DNA from: Candidatus Altiarchaeales archaeon
GTDB lineage: Archaea; Altiarchaeota; Altiarchaeia; IMC4; QMZM01
DNA: 60,131 nucleotides
Assembly (NCBI GenBank): GCA_023252215.1
Contig: JAHEXG010000003.1
Span: forward strand, 1 to 60,131
Direction of reading: 5' to 3'
In this document: positions 58,302-60,131 of the stretch, piece by piece
How the letters are laid out: each line of letters begins with the position of its first letter
Numbering within the stretch: position 1 is the first letter of the stretch
The notes under the pieces: model-generated
What the model was told of the DNA's origin: nothing
The model's database searches: none
Seen by the model: the letters and a program-made list of their open reading frames with translations, nothing else
Position numbers and translations under genes: made by a program

Positions 58302-59705
58302 ATGATAGTCATGAAGTTCGGCGGGACGTCCGTAGGCAGCGCAAGAGAGATACTGAGAGTAGCAGAGCTTGTCGGAAAAGAGAAACGCAAGAAGGTCGTC
58401 GTGGTCTCTGCGATGTCCGGGGTAACGGACAAGCTTGACAAGGCTGCAAAGAAGGTCGTAAACCTCCCGGCCGAGGTCGTGGAAAAAGAGGTTGACGCCT
58501 TCCATAAAGAGATACTGCACCAGCACGTCTCGGCCATAAAAGAGGCGATAACCGATAAAGGCATAGCCGAAGAAGTCATAGCAGGCGTTACCCTGCTTAC
58601 GCACAGCCTGAAGTTCGCGCTCATCGGCATAGGCTACCTGGAAGACCTATCGCCCAAGTCTCTTGACTACATACACTCCTTCGGAGAACGCATGTCTGTT
58701 CTCATAGTCGCAGGAGCCCTGCGTTCCAAGGGCATGGACGCAAAGCCTCTCACAGGATACGAAGCAGGCATCGTTACGAATTCCTGCTTCGGATGCGCAA
58801 GACCCCTATTCAAGAGACTGGACAATACTGTAAAGACAAGCCTGAATCCCCTCCTGGACAAGGGAATAGTCCCGGTAGTCACAGGATACATAGCCGCAGA
58901 CGAAGACGGGAGGATAACCACTCTCGGGAGAGGGGGCTCAGACTACAGCGCATCGCTCATCGGCCGATACCTGGGAGTAAAAGAAGTGCAGATATGGACA
59001 GACGTAGACGGGATACTCACAACCGATCCCCGGACCGTTCCAAGCGCCAGACTGATAGACGTCATATCCTATATGGAAGCAATGGACCTAGCATATTTCG
59101 GCGCCAAAGTAATACACTCTAAGATGATAGAGCCTGCGATGGATGCGGACATTCCCGTGAGGATACTAAACACGTTCAACCCCGGCTGCAAGGGAACCCT
59201 TGTGGTAAAAGAACAGAAACAGATAGAAGGCATCGTTAAAGCCTTGTCCATAGCCAAGAACGTTTCCATCATAAACATGAAAGGAGTGGGCCTGGCCGAA
59301 ACCCCGAACATAGCGGCCACGGTTTTTAACCTGCTGGGCGACGCGAACATAAACATCATAATGATCTCTGCTGCCTCCGAAGCGAACCTGTCCTTTGTAG
59401 TCAAAAAAACCGACGTGCAGAACGCTTTGAACGTCCTCAACAGCGAATTACTGGAAGGATGCATCAGGAGCATGGAAGTAATAGACGACGCCTGCATAAT
59501 AGCTGTCGTAGGAGCCGGGATGCGGGGGACAAAGGGGATAGCCGCCAAGATATTCCAGACTGCGGCAGACGAGGGAGTTAACCTGATAATGATAGCCCAG
59601 GGCTCGTCCGAAGTCAACATCTCCTTCATGGTCAAGGAAAACGTAGGAGACAAGATAATAAAAGCCCTGCACAAGAGATTCATCGAAAACAACAACCTTA
59701 AGTAA
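58302..59705 (+). CDS. lysC: Aspartate kinase
   Basis: MKFGGTS, TTLGRGGSDYSA, WTDVDG, two ACT domains. Confidence 0.95.
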   Translation: MIVMKFGGTSVGSAREILRVAELVGKEKRKKVVVVSAMSGVTDKLDKAAKKVVNLPAEVVEKEVDAFHKEILHQHVSAIKEAITDKGIAEEVIAGVTLLTHSLKFALIGIGYLEDLSPKSLDYIHSFGERMSVLIVAGALRSKGMDAKPLTGYEAGIVTNSCFGCARPLFKRLDNTVKTSLNPLLDKGIVPVVTGYIAADEDGRITTLGRGGSDYSASLIGRYLGVKEVQIWTDVDGILTTDPRTVPSARLIDVISYMEAMDLAYFGAKVIHSKMIEPAMDADIPVRILNTFNPGCKGTLVVKEQKQIEGIVKALSIAKNVSIINMKGVGLAETPNIAATVFNLLGDANINIIMISAASEANLSFVVKKTDVQNALNVLNSELLEGCIRSMEVIDDACIIAVVGAGMRGTKGIAAKIFQTAADEGVNLIMIAQGSSEVNISFMVKENVGDKIIKALHKRFIENNNLK

Positions 59706-60131
59706 TGAAAGAAGACGACGTAAAGAAAGCCGTAACAATATTGGAGAACGCAGGCTTCCAGGTATCGGACTGCTCCCAGGTCCGAAGCTGCTTTGACCTC
59801 CTGGCAAGAAGAGACGACACGCTCCTACTAATAAAAGTCCTGGGCAACATCGAAGGAGTAACCTACCGCCTGGCAGCCGAGCTCCGGAACGCTGCACGCT
59901 CAATGTACGGAACGCCTCTAATCATAGGCGACCACATGAAGACATCCGCCCTCTCGCCCGGGATAATATATACAAGATACGACGTACACGTCGTCAACAT
60001 GGAATCCTTCAGCGAAATACTGGGCCAGAAAATACCAATCATCTACTCTGTCAGAGGAAACTACTGCGTACGCATAAACTGCGAACTGCTCTCAAAAATA
60101 AGGAAAAAAGAAAACCTCACCCAGGAAGGGC
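59705..60131 (+). CDS. Archaeal HTH transcriptional regulator (COG1395-like), partial
   Basis: MKEDDVKKAVTILENAGFQVS..RSCFDLLARR..LLIKVLGNIE..PLIIG..YTRY; TAATG overlap with lysC. Confidence 0.8.
   Translation, partial: MKEDDVKKAVTILENAGFQVSDCSQVRSCFDLLARRDDTLLLIKVLGNIEGVTYRLAAELRNAARSMYGTPLIIGDHMKTSALSPGIIYTRYDVHVVNMESFSEILGQKIPIIYSVRGNYCVRINCELLSKIRKKENLTQEG

Overview
Archaeal chromosomal segment with about 65 protein genes and 8 tRNA genes. The gene set (MCM, RadA, FEN1, Csl4, Cbf5, NMD3, aMBF1, eL14/eL15/eL40/eS17, archaeal SAM synthetase, HMG-CoA synthase/thiolase/DUF35, oapABC, AMP phosphorylase), together with Thr/Cys-rich surface proteins and intact biosynthetic genes, suggests an Altiarchaeota-like or related lineage (inference). 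Accessory content includes two HEPN-MNT pairs (one HEPN with an in-frame TAG), HicAB, a GNAT pair, two AlbA_2/Schlafen-domain genes bracketed by inverted repeats and attC/dif-like sites, a solo Cas4, and a free-standing LAGLIDADG gene that reads into a two-intron initiator tRNA. The most striking unexplained signal is intergenic. At least four families of short covarying hairpin cassettes recur next to tRNA and gene ends. Five of these inserts sit between 23-28 bp direct repeats that duplicate the 5' or 3' end of the neighbouring gene and leave it intact (tRNA-Trp, both ends of tRNA-Pro, thiolase start, DUF35 end). No transposase, integrase, reverse transcriptase or CRISPR array is visible in the window.
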